Origin: an uncultured Acidobacteriota bacterium
Lineage (GTDB): Bacteria; Acidobacteriota; Thermoanaerobaculia; UBA5066
Direction: 5' to 3'
DNA: 64,000 nt
NCBI GenBank assembly: GCA_963721385.1
Contig: CAVRJB010000019.1
Span: 901,513 to 965,512, forward strand
Positions 32,328-42,281 of the stretch are shown in pieces (within the stretch, counting starts at the first letter, position 1; each line of letters begins with the position of its first letter). Under the pieces are notes generated by a model. It did not search any database and had not been told where the DNA came from. It saw nothing but the letters and a program-made list of their open reading frames with translations. The position numbers were made by a program, and so were the translations under genes.

Positions 32328-32587
32328 GACGTCCTCCGGTCGAAGGGGGACGGATGCGTGCCGCTCCGCAGGCTCGCCTTCTGGAGGCGCGGGTCGAGAG
32401 TCTCGGCGATGCGGTCGAAGACGAATGCGTCCGTCGCGACCAGCGCGGAGACTTCGGAGCGCGTCAGCTCGGTCCCGTGCTCCATCAGCTCTCGGACGGC
32501 CTGGCCCGGGTCGGTCCGGAAGAGACGACGGAACTCTTCGTCCGTCGCGAGCCTTCCGATGATCAGTTCGACGTTTTTCTGCGACAT
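32324..32587 (-). CDS. Small helical protein resembling the NHLP/Nif11-clan (Os_1348-type) family
   Basis: Within ORF 32324..32683. Likely start at ATG 32587: [73 protein letters not shown]... Family resemblance is from memory of the motif pattern (GR..TDeeFR...P..a.....LT..E..AL....LD.R..K). Stop overlaps the TolC start (ATGA). Confidence 0.45.
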   Translation of the reverse strand: MSQKNVELIIGRLATDEEFRRLFRTDPGQAVRELMEHGTELTRSEVSALVATDAFVFDRIAETLDPRLQKASLRSGTHPSPFDRRTS

Positions 32588-32826
32588 GGCAGCTCTGTGC
32601 CCCCTGCTGTGGCTCTTTACACACTCCATGCCAAGTCCGTTATCGGCTCCCATGATCGTATTTAAGCGACCACATGAGAGCATGTTGCGAGATCGGAACT
32701 GGAATGCGGCGAGAGGTCCCGGGGAGAGTCGATATGTCGAAATATCAGCACTAATGATTGCGGGTAATCAGTCGACATCTACGTCTTGCGCCGGCGAGGT
32801 CGTCGTCGCGAGGGACTTTTCCGGCG

Positions 32827-33129
32827 TCAGCGAGCCGACGACCCGGCCAGCCGGTCCATCGCCGCGGCCAGCTCGAAGTCGAGGACCGTGAGACCCCCCG
32901 CGTCGTGCGTCGAAAGCTCCACCGTGACGCGGTTCCAGACGTTCGACCAGTCCGGGTGGTGGTCCATCTTCTCGGCGGCGAGGGCGGCGCGGGCCATGAA
33001 GCCGAAGGCCTCGGAGAAATCGGCGAACCGGAACTCGCGCCGGAGCTTCCCGTCCGCGAGCGACCAGCCGGGGAGCGAGGCGAGGCGCGTCTTGATCTCG
33101 GCGTCGGAGAGGCGTGTCGGGCGCGTCAT
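32827..33129 (-). CDS. phhB: Pterin-4-alpha-carbinolamine dehydratase
   Basis: C-terminal 100 aa of ORF 32827..33495, from ATG 33129: [76 protein letters not shown], the canonical PCD motif. Confidence 0.9.
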   Translation of the reverse strand: MTRPTRLSDAEIKTRLASLPGWSLADGKLRREFRFADFSEAFGFMARAALAAEKMDHHPDWSNVWNRVTVELSTHDAGGLTVLDFELAAAMDRLAGSSAR

Positions 33130-33206
33130 GAGAACGATTCTCCACCGAACGGCGATTTCGCGCGAGGAAGCCCCGGAGTTAACGTGTCGGACAGCAGGAT
33201 TCCGAC

Positions 33207-34533
33207 ATGAAGTGGCTGAAGGCTCTCGGCGCTGCCGCCGCGGCTCTCGCGGTGGGCCTGGTGATCTGGCTCGTCGTCGGGAACGACGTCGCGAACCGGC
33301 GTCGAGATCGAGGTGCTGCAGGCCTGGGCGGAGGCGCCCGGGCTCGTTCCCTGATTTCCTCGCGCGGTATCCCTTCGAGGAGACGAACGAAACGGCCCGC
33401 CGTCTCGAAGCGGCCGCCGATCGCCCTGGGCCTCGACCTGAGGCCGCGAGCGAGGCCTTGGACGGGTCCGGAGACCGATTCGTCGACGAAGGCAAGCCAG
33501 GAAAGGCAGCTCATCGGCGGCTATATCGACGTTGAGCTGTCGAAGCCGTCCGGCGACGGCTGGAGCCTCCGTCCCCGGAGGCCGCGGCAGTTCTCGACCG
33601 GATGGCCCCGCCTCTCGGCGCGGTGGAGCAGGCGCTCGCCGGGGGAGAGCCCCGGTGGCGGATGGACGTCGCCCGCGGATTCGACGCGCCGATTCCGAAT
33701 CTGCTCGGACAGATCCAGCCTCCAGCGCGTTCTTCTCGCGTCGGCACTTCGGGAATCCTCGCGGAAGAGACTTCGCCGCTGCACGAGGCGTTCCTCGAGG
33801 CCTCCTGGGCCTTGAACGTCGCCGCTGCGCGCAAGGCCGGAGCTGATCTCGAAGCTGATCGCGATGGCGTCGACGCGGATTGCAGGCGGGAGTCCTGCGA
33901 AAGGTCGCCGGTGAGCCCGGACGCCTGGATGCGGCGGCTCTCGAAGTATCGACCCGCGGGCAGAGATGATCGACGCGCTTCAGGCGGGACGCTGGATGAC
34001 TCACGAAGCGTTTCCGAGGCCGCGCCCGCGTCGGCGACTCCAGGACGTTGACTTCGGACGTCGTTCGTCGACTCGGGTCGTCCTCGGGCCCCTGCATCCG
34101 GATCCAGGTCGCGCGACATGCTCGAAAAATGGCGGCAGATCGTCCTGCTGCCGAGAGCGAGGAGTCACTGGTCTCGGACGGCGACGGGCAGGCCGACTTG
34201 GTCGCGCGGCTCGAGAGACCCGGAGCTGCATCGGCGGACATTATGGTCGCGATCTGGCGATGCCGAATACGGTCAACGCGTGGAAGCGTGCCGACCGCCT
34301 GACGGTCGAGCTGGAGCTGACACGGAAGGTCCTCGGAATCCGGGCGGCCCGGGGGCGTCGAAGACGTGGCCCCGAGGCGTCGATGCGGGATCGAGACGTC
34401 GGCCCTGAAGGACGCCCGGTGGATCTACGCCGTGACACCCGACGGCCGCGCCTCGATCGAGCTCTCGCGGCAACTCGACTGGGGGCAGACCGTCGGCGTC
34501 GTGCTCCCGACCCGCTGGACCTCGGCCGACTGA
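33207..34533 (+). CDS. Hypothetical membrane-anchored protein, reading frame broken many times
   Basis: ATG 33207: [27 protein letters not shown] (TM anchor). Sensible peptide stretches then hop between frames ([169 protein letters not shown]). No family recognised. Confidence 0.3.
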
Positions 34534-34559
34534 CGAAGGGCTTCCGTGCACTCTCTACA

Positions 34560-35691
34560 ATGGAGGCGATGCGGATCGCGGTCGCGATGTCGGGAGGGGT
34601 GGATTCGTCCGTCGCCGCGCTTCTCCTCGCGCGGGAGGGGGCGGAGGCGATCGGTCTGTCGATGCACCTCTGGGACCACGACCGCGACGGGACCGGCGCG
34701 GCCGAAGGGCGCTGCTGCACGGCCGACGACCTCTCGACGGCGCGCCGGGCGGCCGAAGCGATCGGCATCCCGCACTACGTCCTGAACCTCGAGGAGCGCT
34801 TTGCCGAGGCGGTCGTGAAGCCGTTCGTGACGGGCTATCTCGACGGGGAGACGCCGATCCCGTGCACGGCGTGCAACACCGAGCTGAAGTTCAAGACGCT
34901 CCTCGAGCGCGCGGCGGCCCTCGGCTGCGAGGCGGTCGCAACGGGGCATTACGCGCGGATCGAGACGGACGCCGGCGACGGGCGAGGTGCGGCTTCTCAA
35001 GGCGCGCGACCTCTCGCGCGACCAGTCGTACTTCCTCTACGACCTGAGCCAGGCGCAGCTCTCCCGCGCGCGTTTTCCGCTCGGCGACCTCCTCAAGTCG
35101 GAGGTGCGTCAGATCGCGCGCGAGGCCGGGCTCCCGAACTGGGACAAGCCCGACTCGCAGGAGATCTGCTTCGTCCCGAAGGGTGGCCCGGAGGAGTTCA
35201 TCCGGAAGGAGGCGGCGGCGTTCGGTCTCTCGCTGCCGTCGCTTCCGGGGGCCCGGCCGGGGCCGATCAGCGACGAGGCGGGGAACGTCCTCGGGAGGCA
35301 CGAGGGGACGTTTCCCTTCACCGTAGGGCAGAGGCGGGGTCTCGGAATTGCCGCGAAAGAGCCTCTCTACGTTCTCGAAGTGCGGCCGGCGGAGGCCCGC
35401 GTCGTCGTGGGGAGAGAAGAGAGGCTCCTGTCGCGGGCCGTTCCTCTCACTCGGGTCCACCTGCTCGAGCCGGTGGAGCCGGGCGGGGAGCTTCGGGTCC
35501 TCGCGCGAATCCGTTCGCGCCACCAGGAGCAGCCGGCCAGGCTCGAGCTCCTGGGCGGCGGACGCGGCCGCCTCGTCTTCGAGGAGCCCGTGCGCGCGGC
35601 GGCGCCGGGACAGTCGGCGGTCTTCTTCGACCCCGGCCGCCCCGAGCGCCTGCTCGGGGGCGCCGTCATCGCGCGACCCTCTGCCGGCTGA
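34560..35691 (+). CDS. mnmA: tRNA 2-thiouridine(34) synthase MnmA, one apparent +1 frameshift
   Basis: N-terminal part in ORF 33966..35720 from ATG 34560 ([25 protein letters not shown]-loop SGGxDS; ...CCTADDL...IPCTACN...ATGHYARIE). Remainder in ORF 34987..35691 ([24 protein letters not shown]...). Frame break at ~34981-34986. Confidence 0.85.
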
Positions 35692-35765
35692 AGAACCAGG
35701 GTATCCGGCCTCCCCCTTGACTTTCGACAAACTTACGTCTAACTTACGTCACGAGGGGGAACGTC

Positions 35766-36446
35766 ATGAAGGCGTCGGAACTGAAAGGAAGCGAGACCGG
35801 TACCAGTTCCCGGGAAGGGTCGGTGAATCCGCTCCGGTACGCGCGCCAGATGATCGCGCCCGGAGTTGGCGGGCGGCGTGTCTTCACGCTGCTCGTCCCC
35901 GACGCTTGCCGCTACGCCTGCTCGTTCTGCCCAATGGCGGGGGAGCGCTCGCTTCCGAATCCGCTCCGGACCACGCAGGGGCTCGCGAGGGTCTTCATGA
36001 CAGCTTTCCGACGCGGTCTCTGCGACGGCCTGTTCCTCATGGCCGGCGTGCCGCGGAATCCGGTGCGGGCGACGGCGCGAATGATCGAGCTCCTCGAGAC
36101 GCTCCGAGTCCACCACGGGTTCCGGGGATACGTCCACGTGAAGGCCGTGCCGGGCGCCGAGGCCGGCCAGGTGCAGAAGCTCATGCGGCTCGCCGACCGG
36201 GTTTCGTCGCATCTCGAGCCTGCCTGCGGCCGCGCGCTCCTGGAGAATCCGACGGGCCTCCGTACGAAAGGGATGGAGCTCTTTTCGAGCCCGGAGAAGG
36301 CCGAGGCGGAGCTTCGGGCGGCGGCCCGGGAGTCGGCCCGGCGCGCTCCGGAGCTTTTGCCGGCGCCGGGAATCGCGGAGCCGACGCGCCGTCAGATGAA
36401 TCTCTTTATGTCGTCAAGTAGTTCTATTCCAATGGGTTCTGGCTGA
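35766..36446 (+). pseudogene. Radical SAM protein of the putative DNA modification/repair family, apparently truncated to its N-terminal half
   Basis: ORF 35766..36446, 226 aa. CX3CX2C (DACRYACSFCP). GLFLMAGVPRNPVRATARMIELLETLRVHHGFRGYVHVKAVPGAEAGQVQKLMRLADRVSSHLEP matches my recollection of TIGR03916-type proteins (~420 aa). The ORF ends where GC drops sharply (~36400-36570). Confidence 0.5.
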
Positions 36447-36573
36447 GACGGCGACTCGATACCGGGCTTTTCAGAGGCCCGGATCAGGTGCACAAGAGAG
36501 CTTTCGCGGCAGAGTTGGACGACGCGGTCTCGTTCGCCGTGTCTCATTGGCATGCTAGAATTTAGGGTTGCGT

Positions 36574-37359
36574 ATGGCGAAGACGACATCCTCCGCCGTC
36601 CCGATTCTTCTCAAAGAGATTCGAACTGCTCTCGAGGCGAAGGCCGACGAGCGGACGCGTCTTTCTGCGGCCGCTGCCCAGCCGAAGACCCCTCTGAAAT
36701 CTCTCGGCGTCAAGGCGTCCCTCGTCCGTTCGGTCGCGCGCGACGTCGGACAGAGGGCGAAGCCTCCCGTCGATTACGCGACGGCGCTCGCACTTCTCGA
36801 CGCGGCCGCGTCGCGGAAGATCCGCGAGGAGATCCTGGTCGCCATCGAGATCCTCGAGCGGTTCCGACGCGAGTTCGGCGGGTCCATCTTCCCGCACCTC
36901 GAGAAGTGGGGCTCTGCCGCGGAGGATCTCGAGGTGGCTGAGGCGCTCGGCATCCGCATCGCCGCGCCGGCTCTAGCGAAGGAGCCCGGGAAGATGGCGA
37001 TCGTGAAGAAGTGGGCGAGGCTGAAGAGCGTGGGCAAGCGGCGCCTCGCCGTGCTGGCCGCGTCGGGCCTCGTTACGGAGGGCCGCCGGGAGGCGTCGCT
37101 CGTGCTCGACATGTGCGAGCACCTGCTCCACGAGGACAACCCGGCGCTCGTGTCGGCCGTGGCGGGCCTGCTCCGCGACACGACGAAGGTGGACGCGAAG
37201 GCGGTCCAGGATTTCCTCTTCCGCCGTTCCATTGACGGGAACCCGCAGATCCTGCGCGCCGGCTCGGAGAATCTCGACGCCGCCCGTCGCGCCGCGCTCA
37301 TCGCGAAGCTCGAGGCGCAGGCCGGGATCCCGGTGCCCCTCGCCGCCGCCGAACGCTAG
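36574..37359 (+). CDS. DNA alkylation repair (AlkD-like HEAT-repeat) family protein
   Basis: ORF 36568..37359 (ATG 36574). Helical-repeat protein; the motifs LGVKASLVRSVARDV...ALLDAAASRKIREEILVAIEIL...KWARLKSVGKRRLAV are reminiscent of the PF08713 family (from memory). Confidence 0.5.
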   Translation: MAKTTSSAVPILLKEIRTALEAKADERTRLSAAAAQPKTPLKSLGVKASLVRSVARDVGQRAKPPVDYATALALLDAAASRKIREEILVAIEILERFRREFGGSIFPHLEKWGSAAEDLEVAEALGIRIAAPALAKEPGKMAIVKKWARLKSVGKRRLAVLAASGLVTEGRREASLVLDMCEHLLHEDNPALVSAVAGLLRDTTKVDAKAVQDFLFRRSIDGNPQILRAGSENLDAARRAALIAKLEAQAGIPVPLAAAER

Positions 37360-38312
37360 GACGGCAGCAGCAACCTCTCGCCGCTCGCGATCTCCTGCCC
37401 GGTGAGGGTGAGGATGAAGGGGTGCGAGCGCCATTTGAGGCGGCGTTCCGACGCGCCGAGGCGCGTCATCGCACGGACCTCGGACTCGAACCGCGTGCGG
37501 CGCTTTTCGTCCATCTCGGAGAGCCTCGCGGCGAGTCGCTTGAGTCCGGCCTTCTCGTCGGGCGTGAATCCGCGGACGCGGCGCCAGCGTTCCTCGAGGG
37601 TCTGGCGCTCGGCGAACGGGCGCGCGGCGAAGGCCGCCTCGAGCTTCATCCACCGGGCGCGCTCCTCCGGGGAGGCGGCCCTCCAGTCGGCGAGGCGGTC
37701 GGCCTCGGCCTCTTCGCTCTCGCGCGGCGGCGCCGCGGCCTGCGCCCCGGGAGCGGCGGGCCCGATCTCGCCGGGGAAGAGGGGTCCGAGGCGCGCCAGC
37801 GTCTCGACGAAGCCGAGGAATTCGACGTTTTTCAGGGCGAGGATCCGCTGGCGCTCCTCGTCTCCCAGCGGCCCCTTCTCGAGTGCGATCGGCGTCGAGC
37901 GGACGGCGAGGATGTCGGGGGGACGTGCGGCCCGGTCGGCCGGAGTCGCGGCCCGGCGGGTCGCCGGCGCTGCGGGCGCGGGCGCCGGGGCCGGCGCCTT
38001 GCGGATCAGCAGCCCGGCGAGGCCGAGCCCGAGGACGACGGCGGCCGTGCCAAGCACGCGGCGCGAGGCGAGCCGCGCGAACATCCGGGCCGCGGCGGTC
38101 TCGCGCGCCATCCGGAGGCTGACCTTCTGGTCGAAATCAGGCGGCGGCTCGGCTTCGGGCGCGGCGCGGAGTAGATTCTCGATGGCAGCGAAATCGCGCG
38201 CCAGCGAACGGCAGGCCGTGCACTCCTGCAGATGCTCGACGACCGGCGCGTGGCCGCCCTGCGATCCGGAGGACGGGTCGACGATTCTCTCGCGAAGCTC
38301 CTGGCAGTTCAC
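37356..38312 (-). CDS. Anti-sigma factor (zf-HC2 N-terminus, one TM, DUF3106-like periplasmic region)
   Basis: ORF 37356..38312. MNCQELRERI...HLQECTACRSL (HxxxCxxC). TM VLGTAAVVLGLGLAGLLI. 4-nt overlap with the upstream ECF sigma gene. Confidence 0.75.
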   Translation of the reverse strand: MNCQELRERIVDPSSGSQGGHAPVVEHLQECTACRSLARDFAAIENLLRAAPEAEPPPDFDQKVSLRMARETAAARMFARLASRRVLGTAAVVLGLGLAGLLIRKAPAPAPAPAAPATRRAATPADRAARPPDILAVRSTPIALEKGPLGDEERQRILALKNVEFLGFVETLARLGPLFPGEIGPAAPGAQAAAPPRESEEAEADRLADWRAASPEERARWMKLEAAFAARPFAERQTLEERWRRVRGFTPDEKAGLKRLAARLSEMDEKRRTRFESEVRAMTRLGASERRLKWRSHPFILTLTGQEIASGERLLLPS

Positions 38313-38896
38313 GGCTCGATCCCTCCAGGAACCGGGCCCTCGCCCTCCGAGCCTGCGGAAGGCTCCAGGTGCGGATTCAGAAGCGGCTGGAGCGAGGCGG
38401 CCAGGGACTCGAACGCACGCACGAGCCTCCGCCGGAGCTCTCCTTCGGATGTTCCGAGCGCGTCGGCGACGATGGGGAGCGGCTGTCTCGCGACGCGAGC
38501 GAGAAGAAACGCACTTCGCTCACCGGGCGGGAGAGCCGCGACGGCGGCGCGCTGGAGCGCGATCTGCGCGGCCGCCGACTCCTTGAGCCGGGCGGCGGGG
38601 ATCGTCGGGACGTCCGCGGCCGGCAGCCGCGAGGCCTCCTTCGCGACGAGGCCCCAGAGCCTTGCGGGGAACGACGTCTTCGGGTCGAACCGCGGCGCGG
38701 AACGGAACAGCGCCTCGAAGACTGCGGCCGCAGCTTCGGCGGCGGGCGCCGGGTCGAACGTCCGTTCGAGGACGGTGTACACAGGCCGTCGCCACCGATC
38801 GAGGAGGCGCCGCTCGGCCGCAGCATCACCTGCGGCGACGAGCAGCAGGTCGCCGGTGTCGGGGAGCGGAGCGGTTCCGGTGAGCGGTCGTGCCAC
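38309..38896 (-). CDS. ECF-type RNA polymerase sigma factor
   Basis: ORF 38309..38896 (GTG start, GGAG upstream). Region 2-like DLLLVAAGDAAAERRLLDRWRRPVYTVL and region 4 LPPGERSAFLLARVARQPLPIVADALGTSEGELRRRL. Confidence 0.7.
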   Translation of the reverse strand: MARPLTGTAPLPDTGDLLLVAAGDAAAERRLLDRWRRPVYTVLERTFDPAPAAEAAAAVFEALFRSAPRFDPKTSFPARLWGLVAKEASRLPAADVPTIPAARLKESAAAQIALQRAAVAALPPGERSAFLLARVARQPLPIVADALGTSEGELRRRLVRAFESLAASLQPLLNPHLEPSAGSEGEGPVPGGIEP

Positions 38897-38943
38897 CCAG
38901 GCTCCATTCTAGAGGAGGGGCGGCCGGCGCCGCCGGCCGCGCG

Positions 38944-39474
38944 TCAATCGGGTTTCGAGCGTTCGAAGCGCTGAACGATCCAGAGCTGCGCGTATTCCGG
39001 CCCCTTCGACGCGATCGCCGCCATTTCGCCCGCCTTGAGGACCTCGTCGACGTTTCCCCGAGGCCCGAAGATCACGATCGCGGGGAGCGGCGCCTTCGGA
39101 TCGACGCCGAACCTCTCGGGGATGGCGGCGTTCGCGTTTCCGGGCGTGACGTCGACGAAGGCCGGGACGAACTGCCGCAGGAGCTGATTCAGGAACTTCG
39201 GTTCGAAGATCGCCGTGTTCAAGTTGCGGCACGGCTTGCAGTCGTTCGTCCCGAAGACGAGGAGCATGCGGCGGTTCGACTGGTCGCAGACGACCTTGTA
39301 GTGCGCAATCGTCAGGTCGCCGTCGGCTTCGGCGTCGAAGATCGGGAGCGAATCGGCCTTCGCCGGGGCCGCAGAGGTCGGCGCCGCGGCAGGCTTCTTC
39401 GGCGGCGGCGCCGCAAGAGCGGCTCCGGCGACGAGAGAGGCGAGTGACAGGGCGAGCGTCAGTTGTCGGGTCAT
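38944..39474 (-). CDS. Secreted thioredoxin-fold protein (CxxC)
   Basis: ORF 38944..39474, 176 aa. Signal peptide; LLVFGTNDCKPCRNL active-site-like motif; SD AAGGAAAGAG upstream. Confidence 0.7.
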   Translation of the reverse strand: MTRQLTLALSLASLVAGAALAAPPPKKPAAAPTSAAPAKADSLPIFDAEADGDLTIAHYKVVCDQSNRRMLLVFGTNDCKPCRNLNTAIFEPKFLNQLLRQFVPAFVDVTPGNANAAIPERFGVDPKAPLPAIVIFGPRGNVDEVLKAGEMAAIASKGPEYAQLWIVQRFERSKPD

Positions 39475-39520
39475 CGGGGCTCTTTCCTTCCGCGGCGGCC
39501 GGCGGGCCGCCGTCGAGATG

Positions 39521-39868
39521 TCAGTTGGGACGCACCGGCGCGGGCACGTCAGCCCGCGAGGCCTCGAAGTCGGTCCGGATCGGGCCGAAGGTCTTCTCGT
39601 AGAGGGCGATGTTCTGCGCGAGAGCGTTCAGCAGCTGCTTCGCGTGGACCGGGGTCGTGAGAACGCGGGAGAGGACGCGGACGTCGTTCCGCCCCGGCAC
39701 GGCGCGACCGAAGTCGAGGACGAACTCCGCCGGGTTGTGGATGATGTTGGCGAAGTTCACGTAGACGCCGTTCGCCACCGTGTCGTCGATGGAGAACTGG
39801 AGCGTGGACGCCGCGGGCGCGTCCGGTTTGGGAGGCTGGTCGGTCACGGTGACACCTCTCGGCCGCAT
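39521..39868 (-). CDS. DUF3467-family protein
   Basis: C-terminal 115 aa of ORF 39521..40864, from ATG 39868: ...LQFSIDDTVANGVYVNFANIIHNPAEFVLDFGRAVPG...RVLSRVLTTPVHAKQLLNALAQNIALYEKTFGPI. Family assignment is from memory. Confidence 0.65.
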   Translation of the reverse strand: MRPRGVTVTDQPPKPDAPAASTLQFSIDDTVANGVYVNFANIIHNPAEFVLDFGRAVPGRNDVRVLSRVLTTPVHAKQLLNALAQNIALYEKTFGPIRTDFEASRADVPAPVRPN

Positions 39869-39910
39869 GTCGCGGCCACCCGCAAAGGACGCGCCAGTAT
39901 AGTGGAGACC

Positions 39911-40795
39911 ATGCGTGCTCTCGCCCGTGCCGCCGCCTTCGCCGTGGCCCTCATCGCCCTTCCCTCGGCCGTGGCCCAGTCGCCCGCGGCCGAAGGCGCC
40001 CTCGCCGAGGCCGACCGGCTCTGGACCGAGCGGGCGCTTGACTCGACGGGGGGCGAGGCCTCCGCCCCGCGCGCCGCGGCGCTGGTCGCCGCGTGCCGGA
40101 AAGCCGCCGAACTCGACCCCGGGTCTCTCGAGCCCCGCTGGCGGCTGATGCGCGCCCTCTACTTCCAGGGCGAGCACGCGACGGCCGACGCCGCGGAGAA
40201 GAAGACGATCTTCGCCGAGGGGAAGAAGGAGGGAGAAGCGTCGCTGGAGATCGTCCGGCAGGCCGTCGCGACGACGACGGGCCGCAAGACCGCGGACGAA
40301 ACGCCGGTCCGGCTCGCCCCGGACGCCAAGGGAATCCCCGGCATCGTCCCCACCTTCCTCTGGGCGGGGATCGACTGGGGGAAGTGGGCGCTCGTTTTCG
40401 GGAAGACCGAGGCGGCGAAGAAAGGCGCGGCCGACAGGATCCGGGACTACGCGGCGGCTGTGGTGCTCCTCGACCCGTCCTTCGAATCCGGCGCCGGCTA
40501 TCGGGTCCTCGGCCGGCTCCATCACCAGACGCCCGCGATCCCGTTCTTCACGATGTGGGCCTCGCGCGACGAGGCCCTGAAGAACCTCCGCCTCGCGTAC
40601 GCCGCGGGGCCGAAGCACTTCTACAACAGGCTCTACCTCGCCGAGGTGATGTGGGACTACGAGAAGCCGAAGCGGCCCGAGGCCCGGAAGATGCTCGAGG
40701 AGCTCGCCGCCGCCACCCCCTCGGCGGACTACCTCGTCGAGGACCGGCGCGCGCAGGAGGACGCCCGGGCCCTCCTCGTCGTCTGGGCGAAGTGA
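39911..40795 (+). CDS. Secreted helical-repeat hypothetical protein
   Basis: Within ORF 39518..40795, from ATG 39911 (GGAGA SD). Signal MRALARAAAFAVALIALPSAVAQ, followed by TPR-like helical content. No specific family recognised. Confidence 0.6.
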   Translation: MRALARAAAFAVALIALPSAVAQSPAAEGALAEADRLWTERALDSTGGEASAPRAAALVAACRKAAELDPGSLEPRWRLMRALYFQGEHATADAAEKKTIFAEGKKEGEASLEIVRQAVATTTGRKTADETPVRLAPDAKGIPGIVPTFLWAGIDWGKWALVFGKTEAAKKGAADRIRDYAAAVVLLDPSFESGAGYRVLGRLHHQTPAIPFFTMWASRDEALKNLRLAYAAGPKHFYNRLYLAEVMWDYEKPKRPEARKMLEELAAATPSADYLVEDRRAQEDARALLVVWAK

Positions 40796-40824
40796 CGCGC
40801 GCCTCGCGCGACTAGAATCCCGCC

Positions 40825-41769
40825 ATGAAGAACGTCTCCAGTCGGCCGCCGTCTCCCCGGCCACGCGTCGCGGAGCGGCTCCGGCGCGCGATGAACCGGA
40901 TCGTCGAGACGGCGGAGGCCCGGCCGCTCCTCTCGGCGGTCGACGCGCCGCCCCGGCCCCAGAAGGGGGAGATCGTCGAAGTCCTCCGGATGCTTCAGGA
41001 GGTCCTGTTCCCCGGTTATCACGGCCACGCCGTTCTCTACCGCGCGAACCTCGAGAATCACCTCGGCGACGTCCTCTTCCGGATCCACCTCAAGCTCTCG
41101 GGCGAGATCGAGAAGGCGCGCGCACACCTCTCCGACCCCGGCGTCCCGGCCGAGGTGGCGCGCGAGGTCACGACGGCCCTCTTCGAGAAGCTCCCCGAGA
41201 TCGCCGACCGGTTGGCCGAGGACGTCCAGGCGGCCTTCGACGGTGATCCGGCCGCCACGGGGCACGAGGAGATCATCCTCGCCTATCCCGGGCTCCAGGC
41301 GGTCTTCACGTACCGGATCGCCAACGCGCTGCTGCTCCTCGGCGTGCCGCTGATCCCGAGGATCATGACGGAGTTCGCACACGAGGTGACGGGGATCGAT
41401 ATCCATCCCGGTGCGCGGATCGGCCGCAACTTCTTCATCGACCATGGGACGGGAACGGTCATCGGCGAGACGACCGACATCGGCGACCGGGTGAAGCTCT
41501 ACCAGGGCGTGACGCTGGGAGCCCTCTCGTTCCCGAAGAACGAGAAAGGCGAGCTGATCCGGGGGAAGAAGCGCCATCCGACGGTCGAGGACGACGTCGT
41601 CATTTACGCCGGGGCGACGATCCTCGGGGGCGATACGGTCATCGGGAAGGGGAGCGTGATCGGAGGGAGTGTCTGGCTCACCTCCTCCGTGGCGCCGGGC
41701 ATGCGGGTTACGCTCGAGGGGTCGCAGCTCCGGGTCGAGCCGCGCGCGCCCGCCGCGCACGCCCGCTGA
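40825..41769 (+). CDS. cysE: Serine O-acetyltransferase (long form)
   Basis: ORF 40825..41769. DGDPAA...[16 protein letters not shown]...[43 protein letters not shown], a hexapeptide left-handed beta-helix. Confidence 0.85.
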   Translation: MKNVSSRPPSPRPRVAERLRRAMNRIVETAEARPLLSAVDAPPRPQKGEIVEVLRMLQEVLFPGYHGHAVLYRANLENHLGDVLFRIHLKLSGEIEKARAHLSDPGVPAEVAREVTTALFEKLPEIADRLAEDVQAAFDGDPAATGHEEIILAYPGLQAVFTYRIANALLLLGVPLIPRIMTEFAHEVTGIDIHPGARIGRNFFIDHGTGTVIGETTDIGDRVKLYQGVTLGALSFPKNEKGELIRGKKRHPTVEDDVVIYAGATILGGDTVIGKGSVIGGSVWLTSSVAPGMRVTLEGSQLRVEPRAPAAHAR

Positions 41770-42266
41770 CCGCGGGCTCCGCGCCCAGCCTCCGGATCGC
41801 TTCGCTCGAGCTCGCCCTCGCCTCGCGCAGGAGGCGCGCCACCGTCTTCCCGGTTCCGGGCACGACGCGCCGCGGCGCGAGTCGGGCGAGCGGCTCGAGG
41901 ACGAAGAGGCGCTCCGCCATCCGGCGGTGGGGAATCGTCAGCATCCGCGTCTCAAGGCGGGCCGTGCCGTAGAGAAGGAGATCGAGATCGAGGAGGCGCG
42001 GGGCGTTGCGTCGGCCGGCTCCTCGGCCCGCGGCGCGCTCCAGCTCCTTGAGGCGTGCGAGCAGGGTCCGGGGCCCGAGGCGCGTCGTCCCGACGAGGAC
42101 GGCGTTGACGAAGTCGGGCTGGGGCGGGCCGCCGACGGGGGAGGTCCAATAGAGCGGAGAGAGGCGGCGACCCGCGACGTCCCGCGCGAGGCGGCGCGCG
42201 GACTCGCGGAGCGCCGCGACAGGGTCTCCGAGATTGGCGCCGAGCCCGATCGCGACGAAGACGGCG
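41708..42266 (-). CDS. folK: 2-amino-4-hydroxy-6-hydroxymethyldihydropteridine pyrophosphokinase (HPPK); start codon unresolved
   Basis: Own translation of the frame of ORF 41708..41944, extended upstream: [26 protein letters not shown]...[22 protein letters not shown]...[15 protein letters not shown]...[23 protein letters not shown]. No in-frame ATG/GTG/TTG upstream of 41944. Confidence 0.65.
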
Positions 42267-42281
42267 CGGGCCGGAGCGGCC

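Noticed and set aside
36392-36589. 65-aa minus-strand ORF in the low-GC junction between the radical SAM remnant and the AlkD-like gene.
   Set aside because: No SD or start context, no recognisable motif, and it overlaps both neighbours' ends. It is likely a chance ORF.
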